DNA from: Camelus dromedarius
Taxonomy: Eukaryota
Assembly (NCBI RefSeq): GCF_036321535.1
Contig: NC_087436.1
Location: forward strand, 32,242,001-32,306,000
Direction: 5' to 3'
Length of the DNA: 64,000 bases
Both the position numbers and the translations under genes were made by a program. This document shows, piece after piece, positions 1-13,629 of the stretch. Position 1 is the first letter of the stretch, and each line of letters begins with the position of its first letter. The notes under the pieces were generated by a model. That model was not told the DNA's origin. It did no database searches and was given only the letters and a program-made list of their open reading frames with translations.

Positions 1-59
1 CTAATTTAATGTGAAATAATGATATCATAAAAATATATATATACAGTGGGTATTTACAG

Positions 60-575
60 AAGAAATAATGCAGTGTTTGAGATTCGTGGGCCATCTCTCG
101 TACATGAACGTTCAAAATAGCATTTTTCATAATAGCCCAAACTGAAAAAAATCCAAATATCCATCAACTGCCATACAGGTAAACAAAATGAAGTGTGTCC
201 ATGCTATAAAACACCACCTCATAAAAAGGAGCGAAGTACTGATCTAAGCAACAACATGGATTAACCTCAAAAAATATATGAACTGAAAGAAGTCAAGACA
301 CATTGATTACATATCACATGATTCCATTTACATGAAATTTCCTGAAGGTAAAAAAAAACATACAGTCAGCAGATCACCAGTTACCTCAGACTGAAGCTGA
401 GTGTTGAGACTTGACTGCAAATGATCATGAAGAAACTTTTAGCATGATGGAATTCTAAAACTAAATCATAGTGCTGGTGTACAAGTATACAAATTTACTG
501 AAATTCATCAAAATATACACTTAAAGTGAGTTAATTTTATGTAAATTATACCTCAAAAAAGCTTTACAAAACAAA
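60..575 (+). mobile_element. Old L1 (L1M/L1ME-type) 3' end fragment
   Basis: aatagcccaaactg..., gcaacaacatggattaacctcaaaaa, tgattccatttacatgaaa, tgtaaattatacctc followed by an A-rich end. Confidence 0.75.
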
Positions 576-690
576 AAGATCAGGCCATCTGCTCTTCAGG
601 GAATCTCAGTTGTGATTGTCTACCATACAGTTTCTGCTAAAAGTAGTATCAAATCAGAGAGGGCTGATATTTCAGAGGATCAAGCTAAAA

Positions 691-875
691 CACTGATTTT
701 GAAAGTACAGTCCCACCAGTGGCATCAGCATAACCTGTGAACTTGTTAAAAATGCATATTCTCAGGTCCCACCTCATTTTACTAAGTCAAGAAACTCTGG
801 GTGCAGAGTTCTTTGATTTGTTTTAACAAGCTTTCCAAGTGAACCTGATGCTTGCCAAAGTTTAATAACCACTGG
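691..875. mobile_element. MER5A-like hAT-Charlie MITE
   Basis: gcatcagcataacctgtgaacttgttaaaaatgca...aaagtttaataaccactg resembles MER5A. Confidence 0.7.
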
Positions 876-1112
876 ACTGAAAGGTATGCTAACTATTCTA
901 CTACTTAAGATTTTCCATATTTTATTGGTACCAAATAATTGCACAGGTGCTTATGGACCTTCTCCATAGCCCCCAATGTCTTTATAGACAGGAATTGCCT
1001 TTATAAAAGCAGAACTTAATATTAAGCTATTGGTGTTCACTGAAGGCTGATAATAAAAATGCTATATAAGGACGGACACTTTATTTTTTATGTAAATAAA
1101 ATGCTACTGAAG

Positions 1113-1309
1113 CAGGACTCAGCAAACTTTTCCTATAAATGCCAGATAGGAAACTTTTTTTTGGTTTTTCAGATCATAAAGTCTCTGATGAAACTATTCA
1201 ACCTTACCACTGTAGCATAGCCACAGACTATAAGTAAATGAAGGATATGGCCAGATTGGACCATGGCAGGCCAGTTCTGGCCTATGGGTAATAAATTTGC
1301 CGATCACTG
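1113..1309. mobile_element. MER58A-like hAT-Charlie MITE
   Basis: Termini caggactcagcaaactttt and tttgccgatcactg. Confidence 0.65.
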
Positions 1310-2879
1310 AACCAGAGCAGTCAGATAGATGGGGATCCAAATACTAGATTTAAATTTGCTTACAAAAAAGTCATTATAACTATATTTCATGTATTCAGTA
1401 AGGTAGAGGAAAGTATGACCACAGCAAAGAGATACAGGCAATAAAAAAGAACCCAATACAACTTCATGAGAGGAAAAACCCAACAGCTGAGATTAAAAAA
1501 AAAAACAAGGAACAAAAACCAAAACAACCCATACTAGATGGGTTTAAAAATAGATTAGACACTGCAGAAGAAAAGTCTAATGAACTTAAAAACATAGGAG
1601 TAGAAATTGTCTAAAACAAAACACAAATTAAAATATGACTGGGGGGGCAGGAGGAGGGCATTAGTGAACTGTGGGAGGTGAAGTAGCTTAATATATATGT
1701 AACTGGAGTCAAAGAAATAATTTTAAAGTACATAAAAATTATTAATTTTTAAAATTTAAAATGCTAATTTAAAATATGGCTAATTTTTTTTTCAAATTTG
1801 ATTTAAAATATAAAAACACATAGGTACAAAAACTCAATAAGCCTAAAGTACAAGAACACTAAGAAATCACAACAAAGCAATCGCAAACTGCTTACAACAG
1901 GTGATAAAGAGAAAATATTAAAAGCAGCCAGAATCAATAGCAGTTATTGAATCTGATCAACAGAGCCAAAAAAAATTGGAAAAATTAATCAAGCCTCAGG
2001 AACCTTTAGAACATCAGTAAGCCTAGGTGAGCAGAAAGAATGCAGAAATAAAACAAATTTTGAAGAAGTAATAGTTTAAAACCTCTGAAAGTTCAGCTAA
2101 AGGCATAAACCTACAGATTCAAGAAACTGAGAGAAGTCTATCCAGGATTTATTCAAAGAAATCAATGGCCAGACACATCATACTCTAATTGCTAACAACT
2201 TCAGACAAATTAAAAAATCTTGAAAGTAGCTAGAGAAAAAGAACTCACTACAAGTGAGAGAAAAATCTGAATGATGACAAATTTTTTCTTTTTATAATCA
2301 TGGAAGCCAGAAAGAAGTGGCCTGACAGTTTTAAGTGCTGAAAGAAAAGAACTGTCAATCCAGAATTCTATATCCAGTGAAAACATCCTTTGGGAATGAA
2401 AGTGAAATAAAGATACTGTCCGATGAAGGAACTACTACTATAAATCACAGTAGAACTGCTCTCAAAGAATTACTAAAGAAAGTACTTCGAGCAGAAGGAA
2501 GTGATACCAGAAAGAAACTTGGAACATCATAAATAAAGAGCAAGAGAAATAAAAAAAAAGTCTTAATATACATAAATATTCTCCTTTTAAGTTCTTTAAA
2601 ACATACCTGATAATTAAAAATAAAAAAATAAACATTGTCTGGTGGGATTTTCAATGTATGAAGATATGACTATAGCACAAAGAAATTTGTATGGAAATAA
2701 AATTTCTGCATTTCTGTTGTAGAAGTAAAACACTAATTCTAAATAAACTGAAAAATTAAGTGTCCCTAGAGCAACTTAATCCCTAGTGGGAGTGCTAAAA
2801 AAAAAAAAATACAAAAAAGATACATACAGCCAAACTCACCCTAGATAAATTAAAATATAATTTAAAAGAATTACAAATA

Positions 2880-3210
2880 TAGTTGACCCTTGAACAACAT
2901 GGGGTTGAATTGCACAGATCAACCTATACGAGGATTTTTTTTTTCAATAAATATAGAACCTGTCTTCACTTTGAAGATCTTTAAATTAAATAGGTATGGG
3001 GAAAAGTTTGTGTTCAATTAGAGATCACAATACACAGAATCAAAAGAACTAGGGTTTGAGTCCTAGTTCTAGTCAATCTGTTTCAGCTTCCTATCCTTGG
3101 GTGAGTCATTTATCAATTCTTTTGTTTTTGAGGCAGAGATGGCAGTACATGACTTTCTGACTGTGTGGGGGTCAGCACCCCTGACTCTTGAATTGCTCAA
3201 GAGTCAACTG
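2880..3210. mobile_element. Tigger2-family MITE (Tigger2a-like)
   Basis: Terminal inverted repeats tagttgacccttgaacaa / ttgctcaagagtcaactg (15/18 match), with TA on the left. Confidence 0.8.
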
Positions 3211-4633
3211 TTACCCAAAAGGGCAGAAAAAGGGAAACAGAGAAGTAAAATGCAGAGAACAGAAAATGAATAGTAAACAGTAAATCTAAATCCAAACATA
3301 TTAAATGTAAACAGTCTAAACACAACATTAAAAGATTGTCAGACTGAATTAAAAAACATGACCAATGTATATGTTGTCTCTGACAAATTCACTTCAAATA
3401 TAATGAAATAGGTGGCTTAAAAGTAAAGGGATAAAAAGATATACCACATACCATACAAAGCGTAATCAAGAGAAAGCTAGAATGGCTGTATCAAAATCAG
3501 ATAAATTAGATTTCAGAGCAACAAAAATGATTGGGAATAAAGAAAGCAGTATATACTAATATAAAGGTCAACTCCTAAGAAGACACAGTAAACCTAAGTG
3601 TAGTACACCTAACAAAACAGCTTCAAAATAAATGAAGCAAGGAAAAATAGACAAACTTTCATTTATAGTTGGAGACTTCAACACTCCTCTCACTAACAGA
3701 GCTAGTAGACGAAAAATCTGCAAGGATATATAACTTACCAACACCATTAACCAATTGAATCTGGTTAAGAATTTGTAAGTCACTCCAAAACAGCAGAAAA
3801 AATATTCTTGTCAAATGTACATGGAACATTCACTACGACCATATTGTGCTTCATAAAAAAGACCTTGACAAATTTAGAAGAACTGAACCATGCAAAATAT
3901 ATTCTCTGATCATAATGGAATTAAATTATGTATCAGTAATATCAGGAACAAAAAGATAACAGGAAAATTTCCAATCACTTACAAATTAAACAACACGTTT
4001 CAAAATAACCTATGGATCAAAGAGGAAGTTTAAAGAGGAATTAGAGAATTTTTTGCAAGTAATGAAAATTACAACATGACATCAAAATCTGTGAAATGCA
4101 GTTAAAGCAGTGCTTAAGGAAAATATATGATTAAGTACTTATATTAGAAAAGTCTCAAATGAATAATTTAAACTTTCCTCTTAAAAAATAAGATATCAGG
4201 AAAATACCCAAATATTTAGAAATTAAACAAAATCACTTCTAAATAACTGATGGGTTAAAGAAAAAATACAAAGAAATTAGAAAATATCTAGAATTGAATG
4301 AAAATGAGAAAACAACATATTGAAAATTCTGAGATGCACCTAAAATAGTGCTTAAAAGGAAATGTGTAGCACTAAATGCTTATAATAGAAAAGAAGAAAG
4401 TTCTCAAATAAATTGTCTAAGCTTCCACTTTGTGAAACTAGAAGAGGAAGAGCAAAGTAAACCCAAACCAGGAGAAAAATGGAAAAGTAAAGATAACAGC
4501 AGAAAATAATACTACTAGGAGAAATAATCACGTAGATCAATGAAAATAAAGGTCTCTAAAAATGTATTAAACTGATCACTTAACAAGAAAAAAAAGAAGC
4601 ACAAATTAAAAATATCAGGGATGAAAGGAGATA

Positions 4634-7011
4634 TGGGGATAATTGATTTATTATACTGTCCTTTATTGTAATTCAAAGTTTTGTTTGTTTGTTTTACAAA
4701 TTGAAGGCTTATGGCAACTCTACGTCAAGCAAGTCCATTGGCACCATTTTCAAACAGCATTGCTCACTTCATGTCTCTGTGTAACATTTTTGTAATTTTC
4801 ACAGTATTTCCAACTTCCCCATTATTATTTGTTATAGTGCCCTGTGATCAGTGATCTTTGATGCTACTATTTTTATTTTTATTCATTATTTATTTATTCA
4901 TTTATTATTTTTAATTGTTTTGGGGTGCCATGAACCACACTCATATAAGCAAACAATCAATAAATGTGTATGCTTTGACTGCTCAACCAACTGACTGTTC
5001 CCCTGTGTCTCTACCCCTTCCTGGGGCTCTGTATTCCCTGAGAAACAACAATATTGAAATTAGGCAAATTAATAACCCTATCAAGACCTCTAAGTGTCCA
5101 AATAAAAGGAAGAGTCACACATTTCTCACTTTAAATCAAAGGCTAAAAATGATTAATCTTAGTGAGGAAGGCATCTCAAAAGCAGAGATAGGCCAAAAGA
5201 TGGCCTCCTCTGCCAAACAGCCAAGTTGTGAATGCAAAGGAAAATTTCTTGAAGGAAATTCAAAGTGCTATTCCAAGTGAACACAGGAATGATAAGAAAG
5301 TGAAATTACCTTATTGCTGCTATGGAGAAAGTTTTGGTTGTCTGAACAGATGATCAAACCAGCTACAACATTCCCTTAAGCCAAAGCTTAATCCAGAACA
5401 AGGTCCTAACTCTTCTCAATTCTATGAAGGCTAAGAGAGGTGAGGAAGTTGCAGAAGAAAAGTTTGAAGCTAACAGAGGTTGGTTCATGAGGTTTACAGA
5501 AAAAAGCCTTATCTCCATAACAGAAACATGCAAGATGAAGCAGCAAGTGCTGATGTAGAGCTTCAGCAAATTATCCAGGTGCTCTAGTAAAGATAGGTGG
5601 CTTCACTAAATAGCAGATTTTCAATGTAAATGAAACATTTTTGTATTGGAAAAAGATGCCATCTGGTGAGGAGAAGTGAATGCCTGATTTCAAAACTTTA
5701 AAGAACAGGCTCACTCTCTTGTTAGGGGCTCATGCAACTGTGACTTTTAAGTTGAAGCCGATGTTCCTTTACCATCCCCAAAATCCTAGGGCTCGTAAGA
5801 GTGATTTCTGTATATACTCTACTTGTGGTCTATAAATGGAATAACAGAGTCTGGATAACAGCACATCTGTTTACAAAATGCTTTATAGTGGGTTTAAGCC
5901 CAATGTTGAGATCTATTGCTCAGAAAAAGATGTTCCTTTCAAAATATTATTCCACATTGACAATGCACCTGGTCACCCAAGAACTCTGATGGAGATGTGC
6001 AACATTTTCATGCCTAATAACACAAAGTCCATTCTGCAGCCCATTGATCAAGGAGTAATTTCAAATTTCCAGTCTTACTATTTAAGAAATACTTTTTATA
6101 AGTCTATAGCTGCCATAAATAGTGATTTTTCTGATGGATCTGGGCAAAGTTAATTTAAAGCCTTCTGGAAAAGATTCACCATTCTAGATGCCATTAAGAA
6201 CATTTATGATTCACAGGAAGAGGTCAAAACATCAACATTAGCAGGAATTTGGAAGAAGTTGATTTCAATCCTCATGGATGACTTTAAGAGGTTCAAGACT
6301 TCAGTGGAGGAAGGAACTGCAGATATGGTGGAAATAGCAAGAGAACTAGAATTAGAAGTGGAGCCTGAAGATGTGACTAAATTGCTGTAAACTCATGAAA
6401 AAAAAAACCTGAATGGATGAGGAGTTTCTTCTTATGGATGAGCAAGGAAACTGGTTTTTTGAGATGGAATCTACTCCTGGTGAAGACAACAAAAGATTTA
6501 GAATATTACATAAACTTAGTTGATAAAGCAGTGGCAGGGTCTGAGAGGACTAACTTCAATTTTAAAGGCTCTATTATGGGTAAAATACTATCAAACAGCA
6601 TTGCAAGCTACAAAGAAATTGTGAAAGGAAGAGTCAATCAATTTGGTGAACCTCACCTTTCTATTATTTTAAGAAATTGCCACAGCCACTCCAACCTTCA
6701 GCAAAAACAATCCTGATCAGTCAGCAGCCATCAACACTGAGGGAAGACTGTCCACCAGCAAAAAAAATTACAACTCGCTGAAGGCTCAGATGATAGTTAG
6801 CATCTTTTAGCAGGAAAGTATTTTTAAATTAAAGTATGTACATTTTTCTTTCAGACATAATGCTATTGCACACTTAACAGACCACAGTACAGTCTAAATG
6901 TAACTTTTATATGCACTGGGAAACCAAAAAACTCACGCGACTTGCTTTATTGTGATGTTTACTTTATTGTGCTGGTCTGGAACCAAAACTACATCTTTTA
7001 AGGTATGCCTG
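4634..7011 (+). mobile_element. Near full-length Tigger1 (pogo-like) DNA transposon with dead transposase
   Basis: Right end aggtatgcctg|TA, degenerate left end after TA at 4632-4633. Peptide remnants [30 protein letters not shown] and QPIDQGVI. Confidence 0.93.
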
Positions 7012-7977
7012 TATCTCTATAGACCCTACAAACATTATAAGAATAAAAAGGGAATATCATCAAAAAACACTCATAAAATGCACAAATTCTTTGCATACAA
7101 AGTACAAAAGCTAACTTAAGATAACCTAGATTATCTAAATAGTCTTATATCTATTAAAAAATTTAATTTGTATTTAAGATCATTCCAACAATTCCAAGCC
7201 CACACAGCTTCACTGGCAAATCCTACCATTCCTTTAAGGAATCAATAATAACAATTCTATACAAACTCTTCCAAAATATAGAAAAGGAAGGAACACTTAC
7301 CATCTCAGTTATGAGGCAAGATTCCCCAATACCAAAACCAAACAAAGATAATCCAAGAAAATACAAACCGAAATTCCTCATGAATATAGTATAAAATCTT
7401 AAAAGAAAAAGGCAAACTAAATCTAATAATGTATAAAGAGGATACTATGTCACTATTAAATGAAGTTTATCCTGGGAATCACAGACTAATTCAACATTTG
7501 AAAACAAATCAAGTAATTTACAATATAAATAAACTAATTAAAACAAACCGTATAATCATTTCAAAAGACCCAGAAAAAAGACTGAAAAAAAAATCAGCAT
7601 CAATTCATGATTCAAAACTCTCAGCACACTAGAAATAAAAGGGGACTTCCTCAACCTAATAAAAAGAATCTATGGAAAACCTACAACTGGTATCATACTT
7701 AATGGTGAAAGACTGAATGCTTTCCCCCGAAAATTAGGAACAAAAAGTAACAAGGCAAGGGTGTTATATCTTATAACTTCTATTCACATCATGTTGGAGG
7801 TCCCAACCAACGCAATAAAGGAAGAAAAGAAAATAGAAAAGTAAGAAAAAGAACTGCATCTAGTCATAGACAACATGATTGTGTAGAAATATATCAGTGT
7901 AGACTATATCAAAGAATCTATTAAAAAGCTGTAAGAACTACTACTAGTAAATTTATCAATGTCACAGGATATAAGGC

Positions 7978-8443
7978 TGTGTTAGTCAGGATTCTCCAGA
8001 GTAAAAGAATCAATAGGATATATAAAAGTAGATTTAATATGAGGAATTGGCTTACAAGATTATGGAGGATGTGATGTCCCATGATCTGCCATCTGTAAGC
8101 TGGAAACTTAGGAAAGCCAGTGGTGTAATTCAGCCTGAGTCCAAAGGTCTGAGACCTAGAGGAGTCGATGATATAAATACCAGTCCGAGATGAGATGTGA
8201 TGTCCCAGCTCAAACAATGAGACAGCAAAAAAGGAGTAAATTCCTCCTTCCTCTGTATTTTTGTTCTATTTAGGCCCTCAGTGGATTGGATGATGCCTAC
8301 CCACACTGAGGATGGCAATCTACTTTACCAAGCTCACCAATTCAGATATTAATCTCATGCAGCAACAGCCAGAAGTAATTTTTAAACAAGATATCTGGGC
8401 ATCCTTTGATCCAGTTAAGTTGACAGATAAAATTAACATCACA
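7978..8443 (-). mobile_element. MLT2B-like ERVL solo LTR
   Basis: Minus strand begins TGTGATGTTAATTTTATCTGTCAACTT and ends CTGACTAACACA. It splits the L1 ORF2. Confidence 0.85.
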
Positions 8444-9496
8444 AAGAATAATATAAAAATCAATCTTATTTCTATATAATAGCAATAAACAACTGGAGAG
8501 TAAAAATTTTAAAGCACCATTTACAACAGCACCAAAACCATAATATACTTAGGGATATAGGTAACAAAATGTGTACAAAATACACCAAAAACTGTAAAAC
8601 ACTGAAGAACAAAAAAGACTTAAATGGAGAAGTATACCATATTCATGGATTAGAAGATTCAATACTGTTAACATTTTAATTCTTCCCCAAATAATCTGTA
8701 GATTCAATGCAGTTTCAATCAAAATACCAGCTGGAGTTTTTATAGACATCAGTAAGGTAATTCTATAACTTATATGAAAAAGCAAAAAAACTAGAATAGC
8801 TAAAACAATTTTGGAAAAAAAGAAAAAAGGTGGAGGACATACTGATTTTAAGATTACAGTTATCAAGTTGTGCTAGCAGCAAAGGGATAAACAGAGATAA
8901 GATGAGAAGAATATTGAGTCCAAAATTAGATATATACACATAGTTAGTTGGTTTTGATCAAACACTAAAAGGCAATTCAATGGAGAATGAATAGACTTCC
9001 CAACAAATGGTGCTGAAATCACGGGATATCCATATCCATACTTCTATCATATACCAATAAGAAAAAAATTAACTCAAAATTGAATAGAAACCTGAATTAG
9101 GTAAAAGATAAAAATATAAAGCCTCTAATAGAAATCTTTGAATTTTGGATTAGGCAAAGATTTCTTACATGGACACCAAAAGCATAAACCATTAAAATTA
9201 AAAAAAATAAATAATTGCCGATCATTAAAAATAAGAAGCTCTGCTTTTTAAAAGGCACAAAAAAAATGAAAAGATAATCTCCATATAGGGAGAAGATATG
9301 TGCAAATTACATATGTAATAAAGACTTGTATCCAGAATAAAGAATTCTTAGAGCTCAGTAAGAAAACAACTCAATAAAAAAGTCAAAATACTTGAGCAGT
9401 CACTCCACCAAAGATACACTCATGTCAAATAAGCACATGAAAAGATGCTCCACATCATCAGTCACAATGAAATACTACTACATACCTATTAGAATA

Positions 9497-9535
9497 CAAA
9501 AACAAAACAAAACAAAAACAAACAAACAAACAAAC
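9497..9535 (+). repeat. (CAAAA/CAAA)n simple repeat
   Basis: caaaaacaaaacaaaacaaaaacaaacaaacaaacaaac. Confidence 0.8.
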
Positions 9536-10199
9536 TTATGATACCAAGTGCTGGTGAGAATATGGAGCAACTAGAATCCTCATACATTGCTGATGGTAAT
9601 GCAAAATGACACAGCCACTTTGGAAAACTGTTAGGAAGTTTCTTATAAAGTTAAACATACATTTACCACATGACCTAGCAATCCCACTCTAAGTATTTAC
9701 CCAAGTGAAATGAAAACTTATATTCTCAACAAAACCTGTAAGCAAATATTTATAGCGTCTTTGTTCATAACCACGAAGAACTGAAAACAACCCCATGTCC
9801 TTCAACTAATGATAAACTGCTTACTTCCATGTAATGGAATATTACTTACCAATAAAAAGGAACAAACAACACACAAAAGTATGGATGAATCTCAAATGCA
9901 TTATGCTAAATGAAGCCAGAGAAAAGGCTATATATGATTCCATTTGTATGATATTCTGGTAAAGGCAAAAATATAAGGGTAGAAAATAGAAAACAGGGGT
10001 TGACTACAAAGAGGCAAGGGAGAATCTGGGGGAAGTAATGGAACTGTGCTGTAATTTGAGTAGGTGGTAACTACATGATTATACATATCTGTTAAAATTC
10101 CCAAAACTATACATGCAAAAAGTGTGAAACTTAATGAATATAAATTATAGCTTAATTCTTTTAAAAAAAGGAAATAAAAAAGTTAACTCTGGATCCTTA

Positions 10200-11030
10200 T
10201 AAGGTAGTCAGAATGAAAGGAAGGAGACACATTAGGAGCTTTTATAATTAACCAATGGGAAAATGATGGTGGCTTTTGCAGGGTGATAGAGAAAGTGAGA
10301 AGTAGTTAGGGTCTGGATATATTTTAAAGGGTTATGGATATAATCTGCTAAGAAATAAGAAACAGAGGTTGAAAAAGAGACGGATCAAAGATGACACCAA
10401 GATTTTTTTCACCTGTAGAAGTAGAAAGATGGAGCTAATATTTACAGAGATGTGGAAGTCTGGAAGAAGTCCTTGGAAAGGGGTGGGAATTCAGACTCTG
10501 GATTTTGGACTTAAGAAGTATGACATGTTTATAAAATATTAAGTGAAACTGTTGACTACACAGTTGGTTATTTATATGGAATACAGGATGGAGTCTGTAC
10601 ATATAAATTTGACACTCATTAGTATAAAGATACTATTTAAACCAATGAAACTAAATATTATTACTTAGAAGTCACTGAGGATCAGAAAGATAAGAAATTT
10701 GAAGACTAAAAAATCCTAAAGCATCCAAAGCTTGGAGAAATGGGGAAAAAGGAAGAACTAGCAAATACGATTCATGAAGTAGAATAAGAACTAACAGGGT
10801 CAAAGAAGAAGAAATGTGTTTCAAGACAGAATGATTGATCTAATGCTGATGTTAGGGAAGAGGAGGATTGATGTGATCCTTCTTAAACACAGAGATCTCC
10901 AGAGTCACTATCAAAAGCTAATTTGCCAGGGTTGAGGAGGAGACCAGATTTGCAGTGTGAGGGGCAGAAGCTTGCTTGAACAAGGTATCAGGGATAAACA
11001 GGAAGACAGATATTAAAGGCAGTAAAAAAC
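10200..11030 (-). mobile_element. L2 fragment
   Basis: Purine-rich L2 antisense motifs: gatggtggc...gagaagtagttagggtctggatatatttt, tcaaagatgacaccaagattttt. Confidence 0.7.
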
Positions 11031-12136
11031 AAACACCTTATTTTTGCCTTAAATTCCATTTTGTAATAGCAATATGAGTTCTTTGTTATTAGTATTGTTT
11101 TATAGCATTTCCCAATCTTTCACCTTTAAATCTTTCTGCATACTTATGACATACAAACAGTATAGAGTTGAATTTTCTTTAAATCCAGTCCATAATTGTT
11201 TTTCTGAGAGTTAATCTATTCAGCATTTCTTATCACAGCAATATATTATATTGATTTCTATCTTCTTAATTTTTGCTTATTTTTTTCTGTTCTTATTTTT
11301 AAAAATTAGAGATTATAGAACACAAAGATTAACAAATGCACATATGCATTTTAAAACAGAATTGATTTAGAAATGAAAATGAGAACAAGAAATTAAATAT
11401 GGAAAAAATTCAAGCTTTCCAAAAACATTATTCAAAAAAAAATCTTTTGGTAAATACCTGAGACTTCACTTAACAGAGCTTAATCATTTATAACCCAGGA
11501 AGGCAAAATTTTAAAGGAACACAGAGCTGGTACCCACAAACCCACCAATTAGACCAATATATAAATTCCAGATGCAGGCAAACCCATGTGCAGATCTTTC
11601 AAATGGGATTCCTCCCTTCTCTCAGGAGTAAACCATTATATAAAATTTCTTTATTAATTTCCCTTGGTCTTCATGATTTCTATGTGCTATGCATGTACCC
11701 ATGAGTTATATACGATGGAATTAAATTGACTGAACTCCTTATTTTACACATCCTCTACTTTTAAGATTAAACCATTTTGTCACATGTAGCTTTAGTTCTT
11801 TCATTTTCCACTGCTGCATATTTTTCCTTAACATGTGTTTCCTTTATACTACATCTTATATTCTACTATAAACAGGCATTTAAAATTTTTCATTTGTTTT
11901 TTATATTATAAACAATTTTGCTATAAATGTTCCCTTTGGTGAGCATTTGCAAGAGTATCTCAAAGTGAAACTGTTAGGTTATAAGATGGTATGTCATTGT
12001 GATTTTAATTGGCAAATCTCGGTAAGAAGTATAGTATCTTTTCATATTAACTGGCCATAGAGTTTTTTTCCCTCTATGTGAAGTTCCAGTTCATGTTTTA
12101 CTACTTTTTCTACTGATCTTAATCTTTTTTTTACAT

Positions 12137-12362
12137 TGATTTTTTTAAAAATCAAAGTAAAGTTGATTTACAATATTATATTAGTTTCAGGTGTACAACA
12201 CAGTGATTCAATATTTTTATACGTTATACTCCATTTAAAGTTACTACAAAACAATGCCTTTATTTCCCTGTATTGTATACTACATGCTTGTTGCTTATCT
12301 ATTCTATATATAGTAGTTTGTATCTCTTAATCGCATATCTATTTCCCTACCCCTTCCCTCTA
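12137..12362 (-). mobile_element. L1 3' UTR fragment (laurasiatherian/artiodactyl-type)
   Basis: gttgatttacaatattatattagtttcaggtgtacaacacagtgattca. Confidence 0.85.
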
Positions 12363-12405
12363 ATTATTTGTTAATTTTATGCATTGTAAAATTCATTTCT
12401 TTGGG

Positions 12406-13000
12406 ATTTACAACTTGAGAAAGTGCCCATGATATGATGACATTAAGTAAAATGAGCAAGATGGAAAATGGTAGATACGGCACAATCCAAAATGTGCATA
12501 TGGGAGAATAATTACTTTTTGGCAATGGAAGTTGCTGATGGTTGACCAGACCGCTGTCTTTAAGAAGGCTCCATTTTTAAATAAATCATATTTATTTTTA
12601 TAGCTGTGAAACGTATCCTTTGATTCTTTTCCTTTGAAATGAAGTGCTCTTTTTTTTTTTTTTTTCCCTTTGCACAGAGCAATTTATCTGCCCAGTTAGC
12701 AGTAAAACTGATTGAGATTATCAGGGGAACAGAGTTTAATTTGTAGTTTATTCAAAGACTTTGCATATTTCTTTAATAATTCTTACAAGGTTTAAAACTA
12801 AATAAAGATGCTAATTTGAAATCTTCGTTTATTTAAAATGTGATCACTTTCTCCTTTTATCATGAAAAAATATACTAACTCTGATTTCAACAATAACTTT
12901 AAATCACTTTGAGTCACTGGATTTTAAATACACTGTATTGTATGGCCTCATTTATTAAGTTAAAAGTGGATCCCTGGGAATTTAAATAAATAAATAAAAT
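12406..13000 (+). other. TSD-flanked retroposed insertion, mostly non-repeat sequence
   Basis: Flanks aaaattcatttctttggg (12388-12405) and aaaattcatctcttggg (13001-13017). A-rich tail at 12984-13000. Confidence 0.7.
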
Positions 13001-13629
13001 AAAATTCATCTCTTGGGTCTTTAATTCTATGATGTGAGGAGCATACATTACCAATTTTATGTACTTAAACAACACAAAAAAATCTTGTAAGCAGACTGAA
13101 AATCCTTAGCAGAATACACTTGAGAATTTTTAAAAGTTTAAAAGTATGAAGTTTTAAAAAGTTTAATCAATTTTAGTATTCATAGTAATATTATTTCATA
13201 GTATTGTTATCCTGAGACTATTATATCATAGCATAAACAAATAATTCTGTGACTGGTCAGGAACAAAGTTTTTTTTCATGTGTAAAAGGTGATAAAAACA
13301 TTAAATCTAACAAATTAAAGTTAAAACCTTTAATCCTAAATTTGAACAAAAAATATAAACATAAATTTATAATGTATTTTTCCTTAGAATAATTTCCAAG
13401 CTCTTTCAATTGAAAAGGCCTAGAAGCACTGACCAACTCAGTAGTAACTGGAGTACTGACAAAGCTTAACATGGAGCCAGCTGGCAAACGAGAAAGCTGA
13501 GTCCAACTCCACTACTACAGAACAAAGTAAAGAAAGGTGGATTTGGAGTTAAAAGTCAATAAACTAAGTATCAAAAACTACTGAGTAAAACCCATCTAAC
13601 ATATTTGTGAGATCATAGTGATAATTTTC

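Larger units (their letters stand above)
1350..10180 (+). mobile_element. Decayed, composite old L1 (ORF1, ORF2, 3' end) interrupted by a MITE, Tigger1 and an MLT2 LTR
   Basis: ORF1-like peptide at 2335-2532 (RILYPVKTSF..EIK). Endonuclease-like atagttggagacttcaacactcctctc near 3665. RT-region text 7200-7900. L1M 3' UTR to ~10170. Many stops and frameshifts. Confidence 0.85.

Noticed and set aside
4915..6716. ORFs suggesting a TIGD/CENP-B-like gene
   Set aside because: They are fragments of a Tigger1 transposase with stops, frameshifts and a mutated catalytic Asp.
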